From the NCBI GenBank assembly GCA_049967855.1, contig JBMFRX010000014.1, positions 1 through 30,643 on the forward strand: a DNA stretch of 30,643 bases, read 5' to 3'. How positions within the stretch are numbered: position 1 is the stretch's first letter; every line of letters begins with the position of its first letter. This DNA is from Caldisericaceae bacterium. GTDB taxonomy: Bacteria; Caldisericota; Caldisericia; Caldisericales; Caldisericaceae. The position numbers and the translations under genes were made by a program. The notes below the pieces were generated by a model, which was given only the letters and a program-made list of their open reading frames with translations, was not told the origin of the DNA and did no database searches. Positions 8,742 to 17,095 of the stretch are shown here, piece by piece.

Positions 8742-11000
8742 GTGTACAACCCTGTTATTGAAGATTTAAAGTCTGACGAGAACTATCACGGACAGTTTGT
8801 AAGGATTTTTGAATTGCCGGGAGAGACATACGAAAGTGTTGCTCTCCCTCAATTTATTTCAGAGCATCTGAGAACATCGCTCAAGAAGATTGGAATCAGT
8901 TCTCTGTACAGCCATCAGCTTGAAGTAATTGAACACATAAACAAAGGCGAGAATGTAATAATAACCACAAACACATCCTCAGGCAAAACGCTTGCCTTTA
9001 ACATCCCAATTGTGGACACATTAATCAAAAACCCTTTGAGTACTTCTCTGTATCTTTATCCCACTAAAGCCCTTACACAGGACCAATTGGAAAAATTCAA
9101 GGAGCTCAAAGGCGATTCAGGTATTGAAACAGGAGTCTACGATGGGGATACTCCCCGTGAAGAGCGAACACATCTTCGAAAATACGGCAGGGTAATTTTC
9201 GGCAATCCTGACATACTGCACTTTGGCATTCTGCCAAATCATATGAACTGGAGTAGTTTTTTCTCACACTTGCAATTTATCGTAATTGACGAAGCTCACT
9301 ATTACAGTGGCGTGCTCGGATCTCATATGAGCGAAGTCATAAGGAGGCTCAGGAGAGTTTGCAACTACTATGGAGCCCACCCTCAATTCATACTTGCCTC
9401 AGCAACACTCAACAATCCAGAGGAATTTGCCTTCAATCTGGTTGGAGAAAGATTCGCGCTGATAAGCAAAGAGGCTTCGCATACAAACAAGAAAACATTT
9501 GTCCTTTTTAATCCAGAGTTGATTGAACCAGGGATGAACCTCAGAAAAAGTGCGTACAAAGAAGCCGTGTGGGTAATTAAAAGGCTTATGAAGAATAATT
9601 TGAAGTCAATTGTGTTTGTGAAATCAAGAAAGGGAGTTGAACTTCTCACAAGGATGCTCAAAAACAACCTCGATGAAAACGAAAAGCCTCTCGTTTCATC
9701 GTACAGAGCAGGGTACACGGTTGACAAACGAAGAGAAATAGAAAAAAACCTTAAAGACGGAAGCCTTCATACCGTTATCACAACAAACGCTCTTGAGCTT
9801 GGCATTGATATCGGGAGCCTTGACGCCACTGTCATTGTCGGTTATCCAGGTAGCATATCAAGTATAATGCAGCAATCCGGGCGGTCAGGCAGAAAAGGGG
9901 ACTCTCTTACCGTCTTTATTACAAGCTCAAATCCAATTGATCAGTACTTTGCAAAAGACCCAATGTACATCTTTGAAAACCACTACGAAAACTTGACAGT
10001 TAACCCTCACAACCCATACATCGAGTTGCCGCATCTTAAATGCGCAGCATACGAAATACCAATTGACCCAGAAGTTGATGATGAATATTTTGGTCAGGGC
10101 TTCAGAGAAGGAATTAATTTACTCAAATCAGAAGGATATCTGGAAAAGCGTCTTAATCACTACTTTTACGTATCAAAGGACGCCCCTCATCCTTCAATAA
10201 ACTTGAGGACAGAAGGAGAAGAGCAAATTGACTTGATTGATGATACAACAAATATCACTCTCGAACGTATTTCAAGGAGCAGAGCAATTGAAGAAGCATT
10301 TCCAGGAGCGGTGTATCTGCACTTAACAGACACCTACATAGTAAAGGAATTAAACCTCCTCAAGCATTTTGCCTTGCTCACAAAGGAAGATTCAGAATAC
10401 TACACCGACTCTCTTGCAATTGAATCTATCTGGATTGAGAAAACCCTCTCAGAAAAAAGATTCCATAACATTGATGTCTCCTACGGAGATGTTCTTGTTC
10501 AAGAGATTGTAAGGGGCTTTGTCAAGAAACAGTTCGAGACCGATAAGAAAATAGGCACGGAAATCTTGGAATTACCCGATATCAAATTTCACACTAAAGC
10601 ACTCTGGTTTACAATGGAGCAAAGCCTTTTCAAGAGAGTTTTGAAGGAAGGGGAAGATATTCCAGGGACAATACATGCTGTAGAACATTCTATGGTTGGC
10701 ATAATGCCTCTTATTGTTGTGTGTGATAGGAACGACCTTGGAGGAGTTTCGCATCCACTGCACCCTGACACAGGGCTTGCTACAATTTTTGTTTATGACG
10801 GGATTGAAGGCGGCGTTGGCTTAACAGAAAAGGGATACGAGCATATTGAGGAGTTGCTTACATCCTCACTCAAAAGCATTGCGTCCTGTCCATGTAAAGA
10901 CGGATGCCCATCCTGCATCTACTCACCAAAGTGCGGAAATGAAAATAGTCCGCTGAGCAAAAAAGGTGCAATTATACTTTTGGAGGATATTTTGAAATGA
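8742..11000 (+). CDS. SF2 DEAH helicase with C-terminal DUF1998 (MrfA/YprA/SftH/Hrq1 family)
   Basis: TSSGKT, YPTKAL, DEAH, SAT, LELGIDIG, QQSGRSGR, terminal CPCKDGCPSC. Confidence 0.92.
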   Translation: MYNPVIEDLKSDENYHGQFVRIFELPGETYESVALPQFISEHLRTSLKKIGISSLYSHQLEVIEHINKGENVIITTNTSSGKTLAFNIPIVDTLIKNPLSTSLYLYPTKALTQDQLEKFKELKGDSGIETGVYDGDTPREERTHLRKYGRVIFGNPDILHFGILPNHMNWSSFFSHLQFIVIDEAHYYSGVLGSHMSEVIRRLRRVCNYYGAHPQFILASATLNNPEEFAFNLVGERFALISKEASHTNKKTFVLFNPELIEPGMNLRKSAYKEAVWVIKRLMKNNLKSIVFVKSRKGVELLTRMLKNNLDENEKPLVSSYRAGYTVDKRREIEKNLKDGSLHTVITTNALELGIDIGSLDATVIVGYPGSISSIMQQSGRSGRKGDSLTVFITSSNPIDQYFAKDPMYIFENHYENLTVNPHNPYIELPHLKCAAYEIPIDPEVDDEYFGQGFREGINLLKSEGYLEKRLNHYFYVSKDAPHPSINLRTEGEEQIDLIDDTTNITLERISRSRAIEEAFPGAVYLHLTDTYIVKELNLLKHFALLTKEDSEYYTDSLAIESIWIEKTLSEKRFHNIDVSYGDVLVQEIVRGFVKKQFETDKKIGTEILELPDIKFHTKALWFTMEQSLFKRVLKEGEDIPGTIHAVEHSMVGIMPLIVVCDRNDLGGVSHPLHPDTGLATIFVYDGIEGGVGLTEKGYEHIEELLTSSLKSIASCPCKDGCPSCIYSPKCGNENSPLSKKGAIILLEDILK

Positions 11001-11608
11001 AACCCATTTTAATAATTTCAATTGCAGTTCTAATAGCATTTCTGCCATTGGCTTTCTTTATGAACAATGCGTTTTTCTCTTACGAATACAACAAGCAAAA
11101 CATTGCTTACTCCTCTGGCTTCAGTCTGAGCGATTACCTGTTCTACAATAGCCAGGTCCTTGGATATTTTTTTAACGGAGCAAGAACAATCGTCATAACT
11201 GACAGGAACGGAAAAGTCCTTCCCTATTTTTTTACAAGTGAAGAAATCATTCATATGCGCGATGTAAAAAGGTTGATTGACTTTGTAGCCTTGATTGTTC
11301 TGCTTGCAGGCATTATTCTTTTTCTGTTTGGAAGAAAATCCAGAAGTTTGCTGGCTGCAGCAAAAAGTGCATCTGTAGCTGTAATGGTGTTATATGGAGC
11401 AATATTGACACTTGTATTATTCAATTTTGACAAAACTTTTTACAAATTTCACGAATTGCTTTTTACAAACTCTTTCTGGCTGCTTCCAGAAACAGATATG
11501 CTCATACGAATGTATCCTGAAAATCTATTCTATGACTATGCAAAGCTATGGTTTGCAACATCGTTCATCATAAGCATCGCAGTACTCTCAATCAGGAAAC
11601 GAACTTAG
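10997..11608 (+). CDS. TIGR01906/DUF1461 membrane protein (lipoprotein intramolecular transacylase Lit-like)
   Basis: 4 TM; E..HMRDVK and FHELLF.N..W His motifs; ATGA overlap with the helicase. Confidence 0.75.
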   Translation: MKPILIISIAVLIAFLPLAFFMNNAFFSYEYNKQNIAYSSGFSLSDYLFYNSQVLGYFFNGARTIVITDRNGKVLPYFFTSEEIIHMRDVKRLIDFVALIVLLAGIILFLFGRKSRSLLAAAKSASVAVMVLYGAILTLVLFNFDKTFYKFHELLFTNSFWLLPETDMLIRMYPENLFYDYAKLWFATSFIISIAVLSIRKRT

Positions 11609-12381
11609 AGATTTCTCCTGTCAAACTCAGTGAAGGCGTACGCATTATGATTGTGAATGCTTTCAAAATTCTTTGCTTCAACAGAATAGTAAGTAATCTT
11701 TTCATCTTTGGCAAGCTCAATTGACACGTCCCGCACGATATCCTCCACAAATTTAGGGTTCATATATGCCTTTTCGGTAACATACTTCTCATCTTCCCGC
11801 TTAAGCAGTGAGTAAAGCGGAGCGCTTGCAGACTTTTCTGCAACTTCCACTATTTCTTCAATCCAGATTAGCCTCTTCATTCTAACCTGTATCTTAACGT
11901 TGCCTCTCTGATTGTGTGCCCCAAAATCACTGATTTCCTTGGAGCATGGGCACAAACTGTGCACGGGCACATTTACCTCTAGCAAAAAATCGAACGTTTC
12001 GCCTTTGCTTCCAAAAAACACGCATTCATAATCCATAAAACTTGCTATCTTTGATACAGGAGCCTCCTTGAGTATGAAGTAGGGGAATCTTACCTCAATA
12101 TGTGCGGTTTGTGCATTCAGGGAAACCTTCATCTCATCAAGAATTGCTTCAAGGTTGCCCAGAGTCATATTTGTTCGGTGTCTGTTGAGCACTTCAACAA
12201 ACCTGCTCATATGCGTGCCTCTAAATTCATGTGGCAAATTAACAAACATACTTATCTTTGAAACAGTTGTCTGATAGCCGTCTGCCCTGTCCATAACCCT
12301 TATAGGGTACGTTATGTCACTTACTCCAACTTTTAGCAAAGGAATATTTCTCTCGTCTAACTCGCTTTGAACATCTCTCAT
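11605..12381 (-). CDS. folE2: GTP cyclohydrolase IB
   Basis: RDVQ, GTHMSRF, LCPCSKEIS, HNQR, FVEDIVR, ESIHNHNA. Confidence 0.96.
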   Translation of the reverse strand: MRDVQSELDERNIPLLKVGVSDITYPIRVMDRADGYQTTVSKISMFVNLPHEFRGTHMSRFVEVLNRHRTNMTLGNLEAILDEMKVSLNAQTAHIEVRFPYFILKEAPVSKIASFMDYECVFFGSKGETFDFLLEVNVPVHSLCPCSKEISDFGAHNQRGNVKIQVRMKRLIWIEEIVEVAEKSASAPLYSLLKREDEKYVTEKAYMNPKFVEDIVRDVSIELAKDEKITYYSVEAKNFESIHNHNAYAFTEFDRRNL

Positions 12382-12731
12382 TTCACTATAACCCGGTTGT
12401 TATGCCCTTCGAACAAAACAATTTCGCTTACGCTGCAATTGTAAGCTTTGAATTCGTGAGAGAGCCTATCAAAAATCCATTTGGCGACCAATTCTGTGGT
12501 AGGGTTATCAAAAATGTCGTTCAGGAACTTATGGTCAAGTTCAGCAATAACAGAATCCTCAACAACTCTCTTCAAGATTGCAAAATCCAAAACCATCCCG
12601 TCTGGTTTGAGCTCCCCAGTGACAGAAACCAGTAATTTGTAGGTGTGCCCGTGCAGATTTTCGCATTTGCCTGAATAGTCAACAACTCTGTGTGCTGCAT
12701 CAAAAAAGAATTCTCTCTCTATGCAAAACAT
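12378..12731 (-). CDS. queD: PTPS/QueD-family tetrahydropterin synthase
   Basis: FDAAH, CENLHGH, LDHKFLND, NPTTE. Confidence 0.9.
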   Translation of the reverse strand: MFCIEREFFFDAAHRVVDYSGKCENLHGHTYKLLVSVTGELKPDGMVLDFAILKRVVEDSVIAELDHKFLNDIFDNPTTELVAKWIFDRLSHEFKAYNCSVSEIVLFEGHNNRVIVK

Positions 12732-12845
12732 TTCAGCCTCCGCGATATTATAATATAATTATGAAAAATGCGTAAGATTGGGAGGCAAATGAAAAAGAAG
12801 TTTCTGCAATTAACCAATTTGATTATACTTTAGTGAGGCGCAATT

Positions 12846-14474
12846 ATGATTGAAAACCAAACGCACTATGCAAAAACGTTCAGAGAGCAATTCAACTTAA
12901 GAACGGTTGTACTGGCGGCTTGCGGGTCGGCTCTAATTTCAATGAGCTCTATGTACGTTGCTTTGAGATTAGGCGCTCTGCCCTGGCCTACAATCTTTGC
13001 AGCAATACTCTCTATGGCAATACTCAAGCTGCTTAAGAATACAAACGTAAACGAGATTAACGTTGCTCATACAGGTATGTCGGCTGGGGCTATGGTAGCA
13101 GGAGGCATTGCCTTTACCATACCTGGCATTTGGATAATACAACAGGATGCATACGTCAGCTTCTGGTACGTTTTGCTCGTTGCTGTTATGGGAGTAATAC
13201 TCGGAGTTATGTCGGTTATTCTCATAAGAAGCTATTTCATTGACCGTTCAAATCTACCTTATCCTGTCGGTGTAGCCAGCGCTCAGACAGTTACCACAGG
13301 CGATACAGGAGGACGCAAGGCAGTTGTACTGTTCTCCTCCCTTGGAATTGCCGCACTATTCACTGCCCTGAGAGACGGCTTCAACAAAATTCCGCAGGCA
13401 CTTGTTTCAAAATACCTTAACGCAAAGAATATTCCAATAGGTCTGTGGCTTTCTCCAATGGCACTTGGTATTGGTTATATAATAGGCCCCACTTATATGG
13501 GTTTGTGGCTTCTTGGAGCTATTCTCGGAAGTGTGCTCATAGTTCCAATTGGCCTCAATGTAAAATGGTTTCAAGATTTAGCCACTGCAAATGCGTTTAA
13601 ATCGAGCCTCGGGATTGGAATGATAATTGGAGGAGGAATTGGCATACTCATCAAAGATATTCTCCCAAAATCAAAAGAAATATTTCTTCCCATAACAAAG
13701 GAGGTTTCCTCTCGAAAGGCAATTAGAATTTTCCCGTTGATTGTAGTAGCCGCTGTGCTAGTTGCCACAATTTATTTCAAGATTGATGTGATTTCAAGCA
13801 TTATTCTGATTGCGGGAGTATGGATAACGGTAGGAATGGCGGCTTACATTGACGGAGCAACGGGAATAGACCCTCTTGAGATATTTGGCATTATCGTGCT
13901 TTTGTTTGTTCGCCTTGTTTCTTCATTCTACACTAACCTTACGATGATGACTCTATTTGCTGTTGCGGGGATTGTTGCAGTAGCGACAGGCCTTGCAGGC
14001 GATAACCTGCAGGATTTTAAATCGGGAAGCATACTTCACACTGATGTCTGGGCACAGGTTTTATCGGAGTTGGTCGGAGGCATCGTAGGTGCACTATTTG
14101 CAACTATCGCAATATTCGTTATGCACGCTACATACAAGCAATTTGGGCCAAATACTTTCCTGCCAGCGCCACAGGCTTATGCAGTTAGCAGCATGATTAG
14201 CGGGCTCCCACAGCCAAGAGCTTTCATACTTGGCCTCGTAATGGGAATTATAATCTATCTTTTTGGATTTCATTCCTCAATAATAGGGATTGGCATTTAC
14301 CTTCCTTTTATAATAACAGGGACAGCATTTATCGGTGCTCTTGCAAGAATGTTCATCAAGAAGTTTTTCCCTAAGTTCGATGAAAATGGCATCCTTATAA
14401 GCTCGGGACTGTTAGGAGGCGAAGGAGTCACTGGTGTTCTTATTGCAATTATTAGGTTCATAGGAGGTTTCTGA
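12846..14474 (+). CDS. OPT/YSL-family oligopeptide transporter
   Basis: Many TM helices; LPYPVG, QDFKSG, PAPQA and SGLLGGEG motifs. Confidence 0.8.
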   Translation: MIENQTHYAKTFREQFNLRTVVLAACGSALISMSSMYVALRLGALPWPTIFAAILSMAILKLLKNTNVNEINVAHTGMSAGAMVAGGIAFTIPGIWIIQQDAYVSFWYVLLVAVMGVILGVMSVILIRSYFIDRSNLPYPVGVASAQTVTTGDTGGRKAVVLFSSLGIAALFTALRDGFNKIPQALVSKYLNAKNIPIGLWLSPMALGIGYIIGPTYMGLWLLGAILGSVLIVPIGLNVKWFQDLATANAFKSSLGIGMIIGGGIGILIKDILPKSKEIFLPITKEVSSRKAIRIFPLIVVAAVLVATIYFKIDVISSIILIAGVWITVGMAAYIDGATGIDPLEIFGIIVLLFVRLVSSFYTNLTMMTLFAVAGIVAVATGLAGDNLQDFKSGSILHTDVWAQVLSELVGGIVGALFATIAIFVMHATYKQFGPNTFLPAPQAYAVSSMISGLPQPRAFILGLVMGIIIYLFGFHSSIIGIGIYLPFIITGTAFIGALARMFIKKFFPKFDENGILISSGLLGGEGVTGVLIAIIRFIGGF

Positions 14475-14475
14475 G

Positions 14476-15435
14476 ATGGGAAGCATTACAGACGTTCATG
14501 GAATCCAAATTGGACATTCCGCTCACGGCAAGTCTCTCACTGGCTGCACCGTAGTAATAGCTCGTAATGGCGTTACTGCTGGAATCGATGTAAGAGGCGG
14601 AGCTCCAGGTACCCATGAAACTGACTTGCTCAATCCTGTAAACCTTGTTGAGAAAATAAATGCAATTTACATTTCAGGCGGAAGCTCTTTCGGGTTAAGC
14701 GGAGTTAGCGGCGTGATGAAATACCTTGAAGAACAGGGAATTGGTTTTGACACAGGATACGCCAAAGTCCCAATTGTGCCTGCAGCAATAATATATGACC
14801 TCGATATAGGGAATCCTCACGTGAGGCCTGACGCTGATATGGGATATAAAGCCTGCCTAAACGCAAGCGAAAACAATGAATTGCAGGGAAATGTCGGCGC
14901 AGGAATCGGAGCAACCGTTGGCAAAGTGAGGGGAATTAAATTTGCAATGAAAGGTGGACTTGGAATGGCAAGCAAACACATTGGGCAACTCGTTGTTGCT
15001 GCACTTGTTGTAGTGAATGCTCTTGGGGATATCGTTGACCCGACAAGTGGTTCAATTATTGCAGGAAGTCTGCAGGATGACAGACAATCATTTGTAAACA
15101 GCGAACAATACATCATAAACGGCCCACAGGTCCAGCGCCAGTTTAAGAACACGACAATTGGAGTGGTTGCAACTAATGCGACGCTTTCAAAGGCATCTGC
15201 CACACGCATTGCAATAATGTCATCTGACGGTTTAGCGCGTGCAATAAGGCCATCACACACGCTGTTTGATGGCGACACAATGTTTGCAGTTTCCACAGAT
15301 GAAATCAAATCCGATATTACTCAAATTGGGACAATTGCACAGGAACTCGTTGCAGAGGCAATAATAAATGCAATAGTGAATGCAAAGAGTGTTTCAAATG
15401 TTATTTCATATCAAGAATTAAGGAGGCAGAAATGA
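14476..15435 (+). CDS. Peptidase S58/P1 (DmpA/NylC-like) self-cleaving amidohydrolase
   Basis: ITDVHGIQIGH, RGGAPGTHET, GGSSFGL, GNVGAG, NTTIGVVAT, DGDT. Confidence 0.9.
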   Translation: MGSITDVHGIQIGHSAHGKSLTGCTVVIARNGVTAGIDVRGGAPGTHETDLLNPVNLVEKINAIYISGGSSFGLSGVSGVMKYLEEQGIGFDTGYAKVPIVPAAIIYDLDIGNPHVRPDADMGYKACLNASENNELQGNVGAGIGATVGKVRGIKFAMKGGLGMASKHIGQLVVAALVVVNALGDIVDPTSGSIIAGSLQDDRQSFVNSEQYIINGPQVQRQFKNTTIGVVATNATLSKASATRIAIMSSDGLARAIRPSHTLFDGDTMFAVSTDEIKSDITQIGTIAQELVAEAIINAIVNAKSVSNVISYQELRRQK

Positions 15436-15905
15436 TTGATGAAGGCTCAAAGGCAGTTCCATTTGAACTAACAGATGCATACAGTAAAAAAGTGAAGATG
15501 GAGGATTTTGTTGGAAAATTCGTTGTTCTCTACTTCTATCCGAAGGCATTGACTTCGGGGTGCACTAAAGAAGCACAGGATTTCAGAGACAATTACAAAG
15601 CTTTCACAAAACTTGGAGCAGAAGTCATAGGAATAAGTGGCGACAAACAGGAAACTCTGAAGAAATTCATTGATAAGGAAAAACTGCCTTTTCTTCTGCT
15701 AAGTGACCTTGATTTTTCAGTGTGTAAAGAATACAATGTATATAAGGAAAAATCAATGTACGGAAGAAAGTATATGGGAATAGAGCGTTCAACATTCCTC
15801 ATTGACAAGAAGGGTATCGTGAGGCATATCTGGCGCAAAGTTAAAGTGGCTGGTCATATTCAAGAGGTCCTCAAACAACTTGAGACAATTGCAGGCAAGG
15901 TGTGA
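15432..15905 (+). CDS. bcp: Peroxiredoxin BCP/PrxQ
   Basis: LYFYPKALTSGCTKEA, ERSTFLID. Confidence 0.92.
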   Translation: MIDEGSKAVPFELTDAYSKKVKMEDFVGKFVVLYFYPKALTSGCTKEAQDFRDNYKAFTKLGAEVIGISGDKQETLKKFIDKEKLPFLLLSDLDFSVCKEYNVYKEKSMYGRKYMGIERSTFLIDKKGIVRHIWRKVKVAGHIQEVLKQLETIAGKV

Positions 15906-15906
15906 A

Positions 15907-16428
15907 ATGAAAAGAGCTCTTCTCATTGTAGATATGCTGAATGATTTCGTGGAAGATTGGGGGACGCTGAAAGTGGACGGAGCAAAAGAGATTATTCCTC
16001 AAATCCTCAAACAGAAAGAGGCATTTGTGGAGAGCGGAGAGCCCATAATTTATCTCTGCGATTCGCACACTGTAAACGATGATGAGTTCAAACTCTGGCC
16101 CCCTCACTGCGTAGAAGGCACCAAAGGAGCCGAGGTCGTAGACGAGCTCAAACCTGGAGACACTGATATAGTAATCAAAAAAACAACTTACTCAGGATTT
16201 TTTGGGACAAATCTCAACGAAACTCTCAGGGCATTGGCAGTGAAAGAACTTTACATAACTGGCGTTGCAATGAACATATGCGTGCATTATACAGCAGCGG
16301 ATGCAAGAATGCTTGGATACAGTGTCACTGTTCCGCTTGACTGCGTGAAGGGTCTTACAAAAGAGGACGAAGAATATATGAAGAAGCAATTCAAGAATGT
16401 TTTGAATGTAAATCTCATAGGAGGGTGA
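15907..16428 (+). CDS. Isochorismatase-family cysteine hydrolase (nicotinamidase-like)
   Basis: VDMLNDF, DSH, WPPHC, KKTTYS, NICV; start moved to ATG 15907. Confidence 0.88.
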   Translation: MKRALLIVDMLNDFVEDWGTLKVDGAKEIIPQILKQKEAFVESGEPIIYLCDSHTVNDDEFKLWPPHCVEGTKGAEVVDELKPGDTDIVIKKTTYSGFFGTNLNETLRALAVKELYITGVAMNICVHYTAADARMLGYSVTVPLDCVKGLTKEDEEYMKKQFKNVLNVNLIGG

Positions 16429-16432
16429 CAGG

Positions 16433-17095
16433 GTGATTACAAAGGATAGCATATACGAACAAATCGCCAAAGCAAAAGAAGCAGGGGCAACAAAAAGCGA
16501 TTTAGGATGGAGAAAGAAAGACGCAAAAGAAATTGTTGAGAGATTTCTTGCCGAACTTGAACAGGAAAGTAAAATCTTTCAGAAAGGAAACCGCTACTAC
16601 ATCTACGGAACCTCTGTGCAGGCCAAAAAAACAACAAGAACTGGAGCTCCATCGGACATAAAAGAAATTCTCAAAGATTATGTGAAGAGGGATGAGCTTG
16701 AAGTGATTCTTCAGGATGCGTATGAGAAAATTGCAAAACTCAAAGAAGAAATAGACAGGCTCTATGATTATTCAAATGATGTATTCATTGAGGTTAAAAA
16801 AAATATTTCAGGTAAAAGCTCTGCCGTTACAAGAGAGGAACTAAGAATAATCTACGACAACCTCAATTCATTTGGGCATTTTGGCGATTCTATACCGCTT
16901 CCTCTGTTCAAGGATGAGGTGATGAAAAAGTTTACAATAGATGAAGGTAAGTTGAACGAAATGCTCTTAGCCCTTGATGATGAGGGCGTAATTTACCTCC
17001 AGACCGCTGACAAACCAGACGAACTTAAAGACAAAGACAGGGGAATTAAATTCCAGGAGAGGCTCCTTTACTTTCTAACATGGATGAAGCGCTGA
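16433..17095 (+). CDS. Hypothetical protein, predicted wHTH, coiled coil, wHTH
   Basis: GTG start with GGAGGG RBS; two helix-plus-beta-hairpin segments flank a heptad region; fold is inferred. Confidence 0.7.
   Translation: MITKDSIYEQIAKAKEAGATKSDLGWRKKDAKEIVERFLAELEQESKIFQKGNRYYIYGTSVQAKKTTRTGAPSDIKEILKDYVKRDELEVILQDAYEKIAKLKEEIDRLYDYSNDVFIEVKKNISGKSSAVTREELRIIYDNLNSFGHFGDSIPLPLFKDEVMKKFTIDEGKLNEMLLALDDEGVIYLQTADKPDELKDKDRGIKFQERLLYFLTWMKR

Noticed and set aside
8742..11000. DISARM (DrmAB), Druantia or Dpd defence helicase
   Set aside because: It is a single fused helicase-DUF1998 of the MrfA/Hrq1 type among housekeeping genes, with no methyltransferase or partner genes.
15432..15905. Bcp lacking the CxxxxC resolving cysteine as a novelty
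   Set aside because: BCP/PrxQ variants with one Cys or a relocated resolving Cys are well known.
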